This document shows positions 48,442 to 62,215 of a stretch of DNA of 64,000 bases, piece by piece. Position 1 is the first letter of the stretch, and each line of letters begins with the position of its first letter. The stretch comes from Amoebophrya sp. A120 (taxonomy: Eukaryota; Protista; Dinoflagellata): the NCBI GenBank assembly GCA_905178155.1, contig CAJINV010000010.1:1819182-1883181 (forward strand). Direction: 5' to 3'. The position numbers were made by a program, and so were the translations under genes. The notes below the pieces were generated by a model. That model ran no database searches, was not told the origin of the DNA, and was given only the letters and a program-made list of their open reading frames with translations.

Positions 48442-50087
48442 GGATGAGAATGTAATTAGACCAATTTCTATATATATAAGTGCCAGAGTTGTACGAATTT
48501 GTTCTTAGTAAGCGCTACTACTTATATTCTTCCGTACTTCTTCTCGCGGCTGGTCTTCAGAAGTAGAGGCAGCAGAGGCAGGGTGTTCAAAGGTTTTCAT
48601 CAAGAAGGGGCTGTCTGCGAAGGGGTACTATTCAGAGGTTGGCTGCGACGGGGTGTTCAAAGGATTTCAAAGGGTTGAACTCACCCAATAAGAAGAAGAA
48701 AATCGGGATCATCATCCTGCGCAAAAAAGTTGATCCGCTTCGGCCGCCGGCGTGTTCAGCGATAGTTCGCATAGAACAACAACTCGCTATGTATCACAAA
48801 ATCCTGCACCAGAAGATTTTCGCCGATTTTCCCTCACTTGGGAAGGTCGTTGACCTTCCAATCGGCTACCTATCTAATGATCGCGAAGATGTGCTGACCA
48901 TGCAAGCGAGGATCTGCATCCGGGAAAAATGTAAATGCATAGGTCAAGGAACGCACTGTAAAAATAGTTCTACTTTCACTTTTACTGAGTCTGAGTTGCA
49001 TTGTGCTGCTCCAGCGAGCCGACACTATCATGAACACACTCGAGGTCCTCGAACACTGTGCTAGTAAGCGACGAGGGCGAAGGAGCTTACTTAATATGGT
49101 CCAACATAGTTCTTGATGAAGCTGCTGCTCAATTTCGCGCAAAGCTGAACAAATCGCACAACATACGCAATCGCAATACTAAGTGGAGTAAACCAAAATA
49201 AGTTGCTCTACACTTTGTTAAGTAACATACAAAAATCGGCCCCGCCACGAACAAAGCCGATTTTTGATCGATCCAGCAAAGCAGCTACTCCACCCGTGCA
49301 AACCACTTCAGGGAAATCATAGCTCTCGCCTATTGCTATCAAGTATAGTATAATACAGTAAATTTTCATTGGATCAGCATTACAAAAGTCATACATTGAA
49401 TCCATAACTAGACCTGAAATACATATTGCGACTTTCCTCTACATAATCGCTGCCGCGAAGCTAATGCGTCTGAGCTTGAGCCTATAAATATATTAGTGTA
49501 GCGCTCTTGAAGTAGATGACATTGCAATTCACTGTAAGCTGTAAGTGTAACTAAACAACAAATTGAAACTGAAATTTTGAGAGAAAGTGGAAATTAATTT
49601 CTTCGAGTGGTCCGATTTTCATTTTTTACCTACTTCCTGCTCACCACAATGTTTTGCCGGGTCGACAGTGACGGGGACGGAGTCTCGTTAGGTTCGTCTT
49701 CGTTGAAGTTGTGCTGTGACAAAAAATATCTATAATTTCCAATGTACTACGCCAGGGCGTCGCCACTCTACTAAGTAAAATGGGCTACATGATCTGCTGT
49801 AGACTTTTTTTTTGGAGCACAGTTTATCGAACGAAAATTTCGACGCGGATGCGCATACACGCAGATGTAAGTATGTTCGGTATTTTCTAGCTGTAGGAAC
49901 ACGATTCCTTTTGGACGATGGATTGCAACACTACCTTCGTCCACAAACTTGAATATGGAATAAAAAGCTCTGTCCTGCTACAACGCACGACCTGGACAGC
50001 CTTTTACAGCTAGTACAGGAGATGACGTAGACATAATTTACTTTTGCCTTCTAAAAAGTGTATTTACATTTTGCGTGAAAGTTTCTA

Positions 50088-50525
50088 CTACGCTCCCCAG
50101 GCAGTTGTACTTCTGCTCTTCCGTGGCATCTCATCGACTGGGACGATCTGGTCCAGCCGCTGTGCCGCCTTCGACGTCTGCGATGGGGACGACAATCGAG
50201 ACGACGACCGCGATGCCGAGGATGGCCTTTCCGCATTGACGCTGCCCCACCCCCGGAAGTGCCGCCGGCGCGGGGGTACGATGCCCCATAGCGATTCTTC
50301 TTGGGGTTCTCCGTCCTCCTCATCGCCCGTATGCGTAGTTATTTCGCTTTTCGGTTTCTCCTCCGTCCCCTTCGGGACTGTCTTCGCCGCCGCCTCATTC
50401 CCTTCCTCTTCCTTCGCCTCGTTTTTTCCGGTCTTCATCACCAACTCCTTCTCGTTCTCCAAGACGGAGGTCTGTGTGTGGTTGCGGTCTATTGTGGAGC
50501 GAATTCTAGTAATCGCCAAGGACAT
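50088..50525 (-). CDS. Possible small hypothetical protein or gene remnant
   Basis: 145-aa charged low-complexity ORF, GC-richer than its flanks; no motif. Confidence 0.3.
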   Translation of the reverse strand: MSLAITRIRSTIDRNHTQTSVLENEKELVMKTGKNEAKEEEGNEAAAKTVPKGTEEKPKSEITTHTGDEEDGEPQEESLWGIVPPRRRHFRGWGSVNAERPSSASRSSSRLSSPSQTSKAAQRLDQIVPVDEMPRKSRSTTAWGA

Positions 50526-51932
50526 TGCAACATGTGCATGATATTATGCAAACCCACTTCACGACAAACCTACTTCTTGCACTGCAAGACATCAAGCCAT
50601 ATACTTCAATACCGACCCATCTGCAGACACAACATCGCTCAGCGGAGAACCCGTGACATCGTCCTCATCCATGGGGGGGGGGGATGTTCCGCGTATCGCG
50701 CAAATTTTCATAAGCATTGACGCACCATGCTGATTTTTATTTTCATCGTCTCTTGATATTTTTCAACTTCGCATTTATATTATTTTTTCTGAATTTGCAA
50801 TAAAGCTGAACCGCGAAACATGCTCGACAACGATCATGCCTCCAAGTTTCGAATAATTTGTGTTCGTCGATCTGAATTCGAATTCCAAACGCATTCTGCT
50901 TCTTACTTACATGAATCAGGATCATCTTACACAAAAACTATTTAAGAGAAAAAAAGTTACTCAAATGATCCTCTCCTGGGAAGATAAGGGGCAACGCCAT
51001 CCATTGCGCAGCGCTTGCCACGCGCTTTCGGCAGCGCGCGTTGGGACCACGACGCCCCATCTTTGTTTTTGCTTTCGACGTGTGGATGGTGATACACTGC
51101 TTACACCTTTTTATCAATTCTGTCGCCTCTATTTTTTTGAAGAAGAAAGAGGAACGTTTTTGAGCACGTGCACCAGTGATGTCAGTGACTGATGAAAAAA
51201 AAATCATTCTTATAATTGTATAGTATAAGTGATTAAGGCATCCTCTTCCGATACTGCAAGAAGGGCGTCCTTCAGGAAGTTTATACGAAGCATAGTTTCA
51301 GACGAAGTTTTTCCTTGCGGTGTACATCAAAGTTGTTCTTTCAGAGATGACTATGTATCTATAATTCCTACTGAAGACGATCTCCCAAACTTGTTTTCAT
51401 GCACTGACACGACGATTACGATCCCGACCCGTCAAGAGCGTCGACTCACATTACACTGAATATCGTTGTTCCATTCAATAGTTTTTACCATATCGTTTTT
51501 CTCTACGACTACGCTCTTCTTCTTACGACGCTCCATCCCTTACCCCCAAGTAGAACAAAAACGAAAGCCCGGACGACAGAAACAGTCGAGGTGTTCGGAG
51601 GTCAGAATAAGTGGATCGCGAACAACATGTCGTGACCATGCTGCAAACGAGGATCTGCATCCGGGAAAGATGGCAACGAAGCAAATCAATACTTCTTTCA
51701 TTGAAGATTCACAAAACCAAGCACAACGAGCGGATACGACTGGTTTTTTCTCCTCGTCTTCGAGCTGTACCAGCAGATTTCTAGTTGTGCTATCATTTTC
51801 TTTCTTGTCGCGGCAAAAGGTAGATTTACAAGGTGAGAAAGCAGATCCAGATTTGTCGCTAGGTTTAGGGTAACGGTGATAGAGCAGTAGGTGACTGTTA
51901 ATACGAGGGCAAGGTGACTGTTAATACGATTC

Positions 51933-52933
51933 TTATCTGTTGTAAGTAAGAGAGAGAGAGAGATAACCTACATAGTTGAACTAGGCAGGACAGTATACGA
52001 CGAACATCACACAGAAGAACGCTGGCCTTGCTCCCGTCCAACTGCTAGCGTGATGCCTCTCCGCCCACCTCGCAGCGCCTTCAGAAATGGCCCGGCTGAC
52101 TACTCTCGGTTCGGATGCTGCTCGCGGATGCTGCTTGATGTGATCTTGTTGCCCTAGCCGAAGTTCTGCTTTCAGGTAGTACAGGCCTGGTAGAGGGCGA
52201 CGAACTAGACCGAAGACTAGAACGCCCCCCAGCTACCGCGAGGTTTTTAGTAGTCAGATTGCGTCAAGGCCGGCCGGAAGACACTGGGATAGTTTACCTG
52301 TGGCCTTGTAGCCCGAGTCTGGTTCAAACCGTTCTACGCGCTGATGTCATCCCCCATGTCCGTGAAGAGTAAGGCGGCAAGTTAAGGGGGAATTGAGATG
52401 ACGGGGAACTTTAAAAATAAAAAGGCAATCGAAAGCAAACTAGTTCCCCGGCTCGACATGCGGCGACGCTGCTCTTCCACGCAGCGCCCCGGCGAGCAGT
52501 TGACGGGGCACTCACTCACTGGACAGGCCGTCTCCCGCTCAGCGGCGTGGCGCGGCTGTTCTACCAGGAAAGCACTACAGATAGCTTTGCCGCTACTATT
52601 TCTATATTTTTCTTTATATTATTTATTATTTAAGCTACTGCAGCGACGGACCTCGGTGGCGCATCCACCCGGTGAGTGAGTCAGGGCAGTTTGTGCAGGA
52701 CGCATATTGTTTCTGTTTTTTGACCGACGTGTGTGCGTGTGTGTGTTTCTTTTTCAACGTCCTTATGTGTGCACCCATGTGAGTACGTCTTTCTAGCGCT
52801 ACCGGGGGGCTCTTCCTGTCCCCCCGGGTCCTAATGTGTTTTGATTTGGAAAGGGGTAGTATCCGTTCTCAACAACGCAGGATCAAACGCAGGATCAAGC
52901 TAATAGAGTGCAGTAATTATCTGTTGTAAGTAA
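51933..52933. mobile_element. Possible ~1-kb retro-type insertion
   Basis: 17-bp direct repeat TTATCTGTTGTAAGTAA at both ends and (GA)n at the left edge; no coding signature. Confidence 0.4.
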
Positions 52934-53692
52934 TAGAGTGCAGTAGTAGCTCGCTGTCGCGGTAAGAATGTGGTCGTTATGTTTCGTGCACAGTCGTACT
53001 GGAGGTTCTTTTTTTCCTCTAAAATCGGAATCCTCCGACTGAGTTTTTGGGTTTACAGAATCGCTTTGTGGTGCACACTGAGTCATGATGTTGATGTCGC
53101 TTGATCTAAAAATAGTAATGGCCGCTTCTCTAGAGCCATCGACGCACAAACTTCATCTATAGTGCCAGAGCACTTTACCGATGAAAGTAGTTGTCAATAC
53201 GAAACACCCTGTAGGTAAATACAAGAGTCAAAAAGTCCTTAGATGTTGTTCTTCCAAAAGCTGTGGATGTGGAGTGAAACTTAATGTTAATAAAGCCATT
53301 GAAGAATGTGCATTCAAAATTGGCATCGGCATCGTCGAGAAATAGCTCGGATTGCGGAAGGTGGAAGTCCAAGTCGTTGTCATTAGATATAAAGAACGCT
53401 CTGCAGGCACAGCAGGGGGGCGCAAAGGATAAAAAACGAAAACGGTTTAAAAATAGCACCTCTTCTTAAATCCGGGATGATTTTTCAGAAACTCAAACTT
53501 CAGTCCGTACTTCCTCACGACACATGTTTTTCTCTAGCTCCAGTTTGCAGCAGCTTCAGCTATTCGATCGAGTATATACTTATCAAAAAAAGATCGCGGC
53601 CTCTTCTAGTTCTATCGGGAAAAAAACCCCTGGAATTCTTTGCCCATTCCTGTCCATCTAAATTGTTCTGGTGTCGTGCTACGAACCCATCT

Positions 53693-56600
53693 TCAAAAAC
53701 AAGAAATACGTTGATCACGAGCTGCAGCTGCCCCGGCAACCTGCTCCTGCTGGTAAAAACGAGTAGCAGATTCATGTTGGTCCACATGATGGCGCTGTTG
53801 ATAGTTTTCGCCGCCACATTGCTCAACTTGTTCACGCCGACATGATGTTGATGCGCCAGCACTACTACCTCCTAGCCAGCACGATTTCCCCTCCTCCAAA
53901 ACTTGTTTTTCCAATTCTGGTATCAAATGTAAAAATGTCTGGGTCTGGAAGAGTTATGCTGTTTTTGCATGACACAGAAGGGGCGGCATGGAAGCTCTAG
54001 CATCACAGGTTTCGAGAACCTTCCGCAATGCCGAATCCGCATGACAAGTCCCCTATTTTGCTGACAAAAAGTGGGAGCTTTTGCTACGTATGCATGAGAG
54101 ACTTTTCTGTGTTCTGAAATACGCATTACAAGTTGCATCCTTCCAGACCCAGACACTTTTGCATTTGATATCCGGATTTTTTTCCAGTACTCCCTCTTCC
54201 AGATATATGTAGTCAAACCGGAAATCTTGCTTCAACCGCTGGCGCCAGGCTTTTTCGTGGTCGAAGTAGCGGTAGTCTCCCTTCTCAAATTCACTGTTGC
54301 ACTCCCTCGGCTCCGACTCCCGCTGAAACCAGAGATTGTAAAGTTTGTGGTAGCGCCAACCCAATTTTTCCAGCTGCGCCGCGGCCAGCAACTGGTCGTG
54401 GCTGTTTTTTTGGTAGTAGAAAACGAAGAAAAGCGTGTCCAAATCGTATTTCTCTTGCTGATATGCATGGCAAAAGCATCGTGCGTAGTATAAATCGCAT
54501 GACAAATTTCATCTTCAAGAAGAAAATGGGAATTAGAATTTGTAATGCAAAATTAGGTACGAAAGTAGATTTGTCACGCATGCCTGCACTTACTAATAGT
54601 ACGATACTTTTGCACTGCATAGCTGAAAATGCTCCTTCGTGAGGATGTTTTGCGGGATCCTCGGCTGAGTCGACGGGTACAGATGCTGGGGCTGCTGGAT
54701 CAACATCGCGCTTGTTGTCCTTTGTGCTGCCTGCTGCTGATGCATTGGAAGATTTGTAGAACTTGCGGTGTGGGTGTAGGGAAACCTGATGGATATGATC
54801 ATGAAAATAATCGTCGTGCGAACCAGTCGTCTGAAAGGGGAAGTTCTTTCGGAACAAATTGAAAAAATTTTCGAGATTTTATAGATAGAATGTGCACGAC
54901 AGGACCGGAGAATCTTCATAAAGTGGAACTACAACATACGAACAGAAATAGCTACCAAGAAGTCTACCAAGGGTAGTATCGGGGGACGGGCATATGGTTT
55001 TCGGTAGAAGCACTCGGACGGACCTTGGAGGTGGTCGCACTCGCAGCTTCGTTTACGAAGACTTGTCGCCCCTTATCATGAGCTTCTCTGCCGCAAGAGC
55101 TGCCACGTCGGAGTCCAACATCTTCCGCTCCAGCATTGTTGAAGACAACGGCCGGTGCATCACGCATGTCCACGTCACGTCGGGAGCTGCCAGGAACTCC
55201 TCGTCCTCCACTGGTGCGCCCACCATACTCTGGCCCTGGCGCCGCATTTTATGCATTGCAAACATGTCTGGGTCTGGAAACTTGTAATGCATGGCTGCGT
55301 ATTGCAGTGCCACTGCAATACGCAGCCGTGCATGACAACGTTACGTATTCCACATGACAAAGTACGTTTTTGCATGAGCATGACAGGTAAGATTGCCTTT
55401 GCGCGGCTATGCAACACAGATTCTCGAGTCATGCCAGACAAGCATGACAAAAATGCACTCTCCCAGACCCAGACACATTTGCAATTCATACATGTCGTCC
55501 GACGACGACATCCTGCTCATCCCAATCCTGTGCAAAAGTATCGCATTCGTATAAATGCAAGTCTTGCATCACAAATTTTTTTCTCAAGGTAAATCAGCAT
55601 CACAAATTTCATTTCTCATGCTGAGGAAATTTGTAATGCATTTATACGAGTACGATACTTTTGCAGTTCATAATCCCAATCTGAATCCAACTGAAAATCG
55701 TCCGAGGAAGTGTCCGACCCCGAGTCCGTTCGGAACACTGGATCCGCCGCGAGGTCCTGTTCCCAGATGATATCGGGATCGGAATGGAGGGTGTCAGTTA
55801 GGGGCGACGAGGATGCACGCGGGGCGGCGCTTTTTGATTCGTCGCGTACGTGTTGCTGCTGATCGTAGTACAACTTCCTCGCGCAGAAGTGGTCTTCCTG
55901 GTGGGCAGTACCCCGCTCAAGAAGGTGCTCGCCCTCGACGTTGTGCTGAGAGTTGATGTCCTTCTCCTTCATGTAATACAACCCACTGCCCGTTTGTCTA
56001 CTTTGTGTGACGGCTTTATGGCGACCCCCTGTAGTTTCCTCCGTACCTCTTCCTCGAACACGAGAGCCATCGCCTTTGCTTTTATCCCGTAGGAAGCCGT
56101 CCTCGTTGTTCTTTCTCACCTGCTCTTTGTAGTCGCGATGCTGTACTGTACTCGCAGTACCGCGAGGAGCAGGACCCGGGTGATCATGCTGATGATGTTG
56201 ATTCGTCGCAATAAACATGGACTTGGTTCGCCTCGTCGAGTAGCTGTCATCGTAATCGAGCATACTGTGCAGACTCAAAATCTTCGGCTCGGAGAAGGTT
56301 TTTGTCGTGCCAGCAGCGTCGAGATTTGTCTTCACGTAGTGGTCGACGTCGACGACGTTCTTCGTGCTAGATGAAAAATGCTGCTTGCTCTTATTTTCGA
56401 AGTAGCTCGCATGCCCAGCCTGAAACAACTCGAATTCCCTCTGGTTTTTGCAGCGGAAGAGCAAAGATCCGGATCCGGGCCGCTTGATTTTTTCTTTGTC
56501 GGTGTTTTCTTTAACGTCGACCGGAGCTGCAGTAGAGGACGAACTATTTGCTGCAATTCTATCTGGATTCATTTCTGCACTTGCTGTGGAAGTCCTCGCT

Positions 56601-59600
56601 CCTGCTGCGCCTGGGTCAGCAATACCTTGACGTTGACCTTCCTCGTCCGCGGGAAGTGCTAGAGCTAGACCGTCGTCGTCCTCCTCCTCTCCAGTTTTCT
56701 CATTCTGCTGTCCTGTGGCCGGTAGTTCTTCCACCTGCTCTTTTGCTGGCTTAGAAGCTGCATTTTTCCTGTGCAGCTCCTCCCTTGCAGCTGCAGTGGA
56801 GCAGAACTGCGCGTGTCCAGAGGTAAACAGCTCGACCTCGGCGGGGTTTTTCAAGAGAAAAATTGATTTTGGGTTGGTTTCCGGGCTCGTGTTGAAGGTT
56901 TTTTCAATCTCTTTCAAACGCAATTTCAGCTGGTTGTGTTTCTTGTCTTTTTGCTGAACAATGCGAGCAGGAGGGTTGATACTATTTTCCGAGGTGGCCT
57001 GCCTTAGGTTTTCCTTTTCAGCTTCAGCGTCCGCTGCTGCAGTATCAATGGCAAGTCCTGGAGCACCTCCGCTGCTTGTTGTATGTACGCCAACAGGTGG
57101 ACCTCGTCCAAACGAACTACCCTGGTCGCCAGATGTACGGTTTTTGCCACACAACGACGACGAAAAATCTTGTGGATTTTCGACATTTTTTGCTTCCTGG
57201 GTACTAGAACTAGGAGCACCAGCTGTGGTAGTCCTCAGAGGTAGCGCCACGGGGATGACGTCAAAAATTTTGGAAGAGGAGTTGGCTGTCGGCCGCGGGT
57301 GCCTCAGATTGTTTGTAGCGACTTGCTTCTCGAACATCGTCCCTGGCGGGGCAGGGGGAGGAGCACCTCCACCTCCTCCCGCACCAGCATCAGATGTCGT
57401 AACATTTTTTTCCAATATCTTAGTTCCGCTCGTCGTAACGCCCGCACCCGCTCCGTTTGAAGAAGAAAATACTGGGTTATGCACCGCCAAGCCTTCCTGT
57501 ACGAGCTGCTTCTCGAGTTCTTGGTGGAGCAACTCTCGGTCGCAGAGCGACTGCAACCGCTTCCGTTCCTTTTCCTGCGGAAAGAGGACCTGCAGTTTCA
57601 CGATTTATCAACGTGCCAAATTCAGCATGCTCTACGAAGCAACAAATCAAAATAAATTCTCAAACATGAGGGTGAAAAATTTATTCCGTTTCAACATGAT
57701 CTTCATTGTGCTCAATACGCTACTTTTAAGCCAAACGATCACTACCGGCGACACAGTTTCCGGTAGCAGCTTTTGTAGCTCCAAAACTGAGGGTGGTCGT
57801 GATTGTCTCGGATGCAATAGAGGGCCAGTCGTCCTCATCTGCGGGTCTGTTCCGTTGTACATGCCCTGAGGGTGGATATGGTCATGCCCCCGCGGCAAAG
57901 TAGGATCGCCCGTCTGTAGTCCAAGTCCACCTTGCCCAACATAATCTGGTCGCGCCGGTCGTGCTGGTGCAACACCCCCACGACCTGGCGGCTGCCCAAA
58001 ATTGAGCGCCGGGAGTGGGGGCGGAGTGGTTGAGTTAAAAGGGTAGGAGGTCGCGCAGCCCCCGCGTTGGTGGAAATTTTGTTGTTCGAAAGAACTTCTT
58101 GTGTGATGATGTCCCCTGCTGGAAGGAACAAAGGGACGGGGACACGGGCCGCCTGACAAAGGATCAATTATAGGTGGACCACCACCAACAGCCCGCTGGT
58201 GCATATCAAATGTAAAAACGTCTGGGTCTGGAAGATTGCAACTTGTCATGCTAAATCTGCAGCATGCAAAAATCTGTGCTGCATGATTACCAAAAGTCGC
58301 CCAATTTTGACCAAGTCGGGAGGTAGTTTCTCATGCAGGATAGGCATTAGAAAGGTCTCGCAGAATCTGTCATGCTAGCTCCGGCATTCCAGACCTCATG
58401 GGTCATGGAAAAGCAGCATGGCAAATCGCGCATTCTTCCAGACCCAGACATTTTTACACTTGCTAGTGCATCTTCGCCTCTAATTCCGCAGGCGTGGGGA
58501 TTCTCATCGGAGTATTCTGAGTAAAAACGTCCCCACCCCAGAGTTGTCATGCTAATCTGCATGCTGAAAATGTTTCTCATGCGGAGCTCCATCAGAAGCC
58601 TTTTCTAGTCGTGTTTTGGAATCTGTCATGCTCCAATCAGCATGACAGACTAGATCTGTGATGCTGCTCAAACTAGCTAAACAGGATCACACTATGAGGA
58701 CAGACTTGTCACGCGAAACCACCAAAGCTGGCTGATTTGTCTAGCAGATTTCCCATCTGGACTCTGGTGTGGGGACGTTTTTGCTCAGGATATGGAGGCT
58801 GCAGGTACGGCGGGGCGTGACTACCACCTCCCTGCGAACGCCTTTGATGGTCCGGCACCGCAAGTTCGGGGGGCGGGGAGGTGATTTCGTTGCTCTTCGA
58901 GTAGTATCCTGTGCAAAAGTATCGTACTCGTAGTAATTGCAATCATGCATTACAAATTTCTTTCTCAAGGTAAATCCACATGACAAATTTCTTTTCTTAT
59001 GCTGAGCGAATTTGTCATGCATTTATACGAGTACGATACTTTTGCAATGCATAAGTAGGGATAGTTGTGGTGGTACTGTTGCTGATGCTGTTGATGCTGC
59101 CCCTGCCCGCCTCCTGCAGCTGCAGTAGCAGGTGGCGGCGCATGTTGATTCATGTTCCAGTTGTTCCCTGCTTGGTGATGGCTTTTCAAACATCCACCTG
59201 CAGAAGCTGTTCCGCCCAAAGTGGAAGTGACAGACCCGGGAACGGACGGACTCATGGACAGTTTCCGAATCGTCTCCAGCTGCACATACAATGGCGGCTT
59301 TTGGTTCAGGGGCGGCGGGGGAGGGGCGCACTTCGGCGGCGGAGGGTGGGAATGATAGGACGAGTTGTAGGACTGAGTTGAATGGGTATGATGTTGACCT
59401 CCAGTTGTGTCTTTGTCGAACGACGAAAAAGTTTTCCCCCGTGTCTGCCGCGGACTCCGGTCGCACAAACTCGTTCCACAGTCATCGAAGTGGGTCGAAA
59501 GGGAAATTTGCGGCTGGAGCTTCGGATCAACGTCTTCTACTTCATGCGGATGCGCCTGAAGATTATCATATTGCAACTCGGTTTCTTGCTCAAAAATTTT

Positions 59601-59879
59601 TCCTTGTTCCTCCTCATCTTCTCCTACTCCATCTTCAACCTCACCACCAAGCGCCGGGAAAGAGATCTTCCGGAAAGGAGCAGACGGACGAGCGGTCTGC
59701 TCCTGCTCTGCGTAGTTCATTTTCATACAACCCGTAGTAGTACTACCTCCGGCCCCGCTGGTTTTTCTGTTGCTGTAAGAGGTGTTTATCTTATTACGGT
59801 TGTTCCCCCACCACGCGTTCGCAGATTTCTTCTGCTCGTGGTGGTGAGACTTATGTTGCGCTGGAGGAAACGACTCCAT
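53693..59879 (-). CDS. NOT2/NOT3/NOT5-box protein (CCR4-NOT subunit CNOT3/Not5-like C-terminus), long low-complexity N-terminus
   Basis: KYDLDTLFFVFYYQ..QLLAAAQL...GWRYHK...WFQR...EKGDYRYFD...WRQRLKQDFRFDYIYLE; 7 introner junctions plus GT-AG introns 54786-54967 and 57590-57745. Confidence 0.85.
53921..54170. mobile_element. Introner family A
   Basis: TSD TCTGG/TCCGG. Confidence 0.92.
54462..54621. mobile_element. Introner family B
   Basis: Perfect TSD GCTGA. Confidence 0.9.
54786..54967 (-). other. GT-AG intron
   Basis: TG|GTA...CATCAG|GTT; frame preserved (YYPW-FPY). Confidence 0.72.
55250..55490. mobile_element. Introner family A
   Basis: TSD CATTT/CATGT; internal ~20-bp hairpin near 55289-55331. 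Confidence 0.9.
55524..55672. mobile_element. Introner family B (AAT variant end)
   Basis: Perfect TSD ATCCC. Confidence 0.9.
57590..57745 (-). other. Probable GT-AG intron
   Basis: CG|GTA...GCAG|GTC links two long ORFs in frame. Confidence 0.55.
58204..58465. mobile_element. Introner family A (CTA variant end)
   Basis: Perfect TSD GTGCA; close relative of 26246-26505. Confidence 0.9.
58513..58792. mobile_element. Introner family D
   Basis: TSD CGGAG/TGGAG. Confidence 0.9.
58905..59053. mobile_element. Introner family B
   Basis: Perfect TSD AGTAG. Confidence 0.92.
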
Positions 59880-61033
59880 GGTTCTAAGTGTTTGCACTTC
59901 TTTGCAGCTCAAATACTTTTTTCGGCTGCGCAATTAATGTTTTCTACCAATATCAAAAATCATGACCTCCTCCTTCAAAACTAGGTACTTCTGATCTTCA
60001 CGACATAGGTGGAAGCTGCATACAACGATATCTTTAACACTAGGATTAAGAAACAGAATCAAAAAAGACAAACTCCTAGCTGTATCGCAGCTTTCGTTTC
60101 ATCTACACTTCTATGCTACAAATGAATTCTTGCGAGTGCTCTGCATACCAGATCACGCAACTTCTTCGACAAAATCATAAACTAACACAACATTTATAAC
60201 ACAGATCAGACCTGTCGTCCCGCTTTTAGTGCAAACAGAGTATGTGAAAACAGGCCTCGTAAAGAAAAAACACGGGAGAACGAATGCGCCGCCGGAACAA
60301 CAGATAACACGGTGCAGAAACTACTCCCAAAAAAAAAGCACCACGTTCGCTAGTACGCTTGTTTTCGCTTCAAGTACACCAACCAAAACCATTGCTCGTT
60401 GTAAAGGCATCCAAAAAACACGCAGCTGCACGGAGGTGATCATCTTTTATAAGAAGTCTTCTAATGTTGTTCAAGAAACATCACAGCTTCGCGACGCGGC
60501 TCAGCAGAGGATGGTCGATGAATGAAGGAGGATTCGCACGCGAGGACTGGAGCTGCTATACTAGCGACGCAAATGTCGCTGCATGCGGATCATGTGTGAC
60601 GCGATCGGTTTGACATCATTGACAGCCGCAATTATACGTGATATGGAACACTTTTTGCATTTATTTTCGGTGGTCCGCTGTGGCTTCGCCATCCAGGACC
60701 ACAATACAGCTGTAGTTGTATGCCGATTCTGTAAAAAATGTTTTACGTACATACTAAAGCATTTAATACAAAGAAATGGTAGCCTCGCGCGAAGAGAGAT
60801 TCAGGGCCGCGTCATCACAGATGAGTCACTCGACATCTACGAGTTCTGTCGAGCAAAAAAAAAACATACCGCAGCTTGATACGTAGAGCCATTTGCTTCG
60901 TGGCAAGTAGAACTTCTACGCAGCTGTTCAGTACAAATATTGATGTCGCGTTCGTCTCATCTATCATCTCGATCTCCCATGAAGTAGATGATGAAACTCT
61001 TTGCCTCTACCGCTGTTAACACCCACTACCTTC

Positions 61034-62215
61034 TCACGCCCCAGTTCTCTGCTGCGTCGTCGCTCCCCCGCCACCTCCGCTACTTTGATTCGCCACGTTC
61101 AGATACGGTGTGGGGTCGAATTTGTCCGGGGAAAAATTGGTGCAGTACTCGTTAATGCCGAACATTTTGATCACTTTTTCCAGAATGTACGGGTTCCGAT
61201 GGTCGCTACTCTTCATGACCGCGTCGTTAAAGTGCTTGCCCTGGGCTTTCAGCGCGAAAAACTTTTCTACCCTTTCCTGTAATTGCGGGTCCGGCGACCC
61301 TGGCGGGGAGGGGGGAAGCTTGATGTGGTCTAAATTATCGATGTAGTTTTCTACTTCCTGCTGTTCGTCCAGAGTGGTCTGGTGCGGGTCTACTACGGCA
61401 AAGGATGCAGCAGCAAGTTTTTGTCGCTTGTGCGAAGGCGTGTTTTCTACTACCGACGGCGGTGGTGGTTGACCTCCCCCTCCTGCAGCATGAGTAGTAG
61501 AGCCGTTTTGATTGAAACTTTTAGCACTCTTGCTGGTGCCTGTAGCTGCGCCATTACTTCTTGTGGTATTAATATTTTTTCCTCCTTTAGCATGTGGTGA
61601 AACACCCTCGTCGCTGTTTTCGGACTCTGGGGAGCGGATCAAGTCTTCCCGGGGAAGATCCCGCTGTTGTCGCTTTAAGTTGTTCATATCGGCCGTCGCG
61701 TTACTAGCCGTACTACGACCACTCGGCGGTGCACCAGCTGCCAGAGTACTAGGCTGCCGCGCAGCAGGAGGAGCAGCCTGCTCTTCTTCCTCCTCTTCTT
61801 CTGGTGTCATGACCACCACTTGCTGCATATGAAAGCCTCAGGTTGGAAATCCTCAAATTGGAAATAATTTGTAATGCAAAAAACGACTCCAGTTGAAGCG
61901 CCATTTGTAGTCGGCGCATGACAAATTTCCCGGGCGCTCAAAACGTGTCTGTCATGCTAGTTAGGCAAAGGGGTAGCCTTCTCTCGTGCTAATCAGCACT
62001 CCAATTCTTAACCCGTAGCAGGACAATAGTCGGCTTCCATTGCACCCTCTGCAATACAGTCTTTTTTGCGTCGCATTTCATGCATCACAAATTATTTCCA
62101 CGTTGAGGATTTCCATTCTGAGGCTTTCATACTGCATCGCTTCTTTGGTCAGGGGCTTGAGCTTCGGGTGCTTCTCCACCTTGTCGCTCTTTTCTTCGTC
62201 GCTGGACCAGTCCAT
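61034..62215 (-). CDS. HCNGP / SAP30-binding protein-like, 2 exons
   Basis: LPPSPPG..LQERVEKF...HFN......HRNPYILEKVI..FGINEYCTNF....FDP is the HCNGP signature; exon 1 MDWSSDEE. Confidence 0.85.
61828..62131. mobile_element. Introner family F
   Basis: TIR TATGAAAGCCTCAG..TGGAAATCCTCAA; perfect TSD CTGCA. Confidence 0.93.

Noticed and set aside
48890-51670. ~25-40-bp dispersed repeat (CGAGGATCTGCATCCGGGAA at ~48907 and ~51648)
   Set aside because: Two short copies only, with no associated structure.
56961-57869. Long plus-strand ORFs (also 19811-20317, 42744-43361, 59382-59984)
   Set aside because: They are antisense shadows of GC-rich minus-strand exons.
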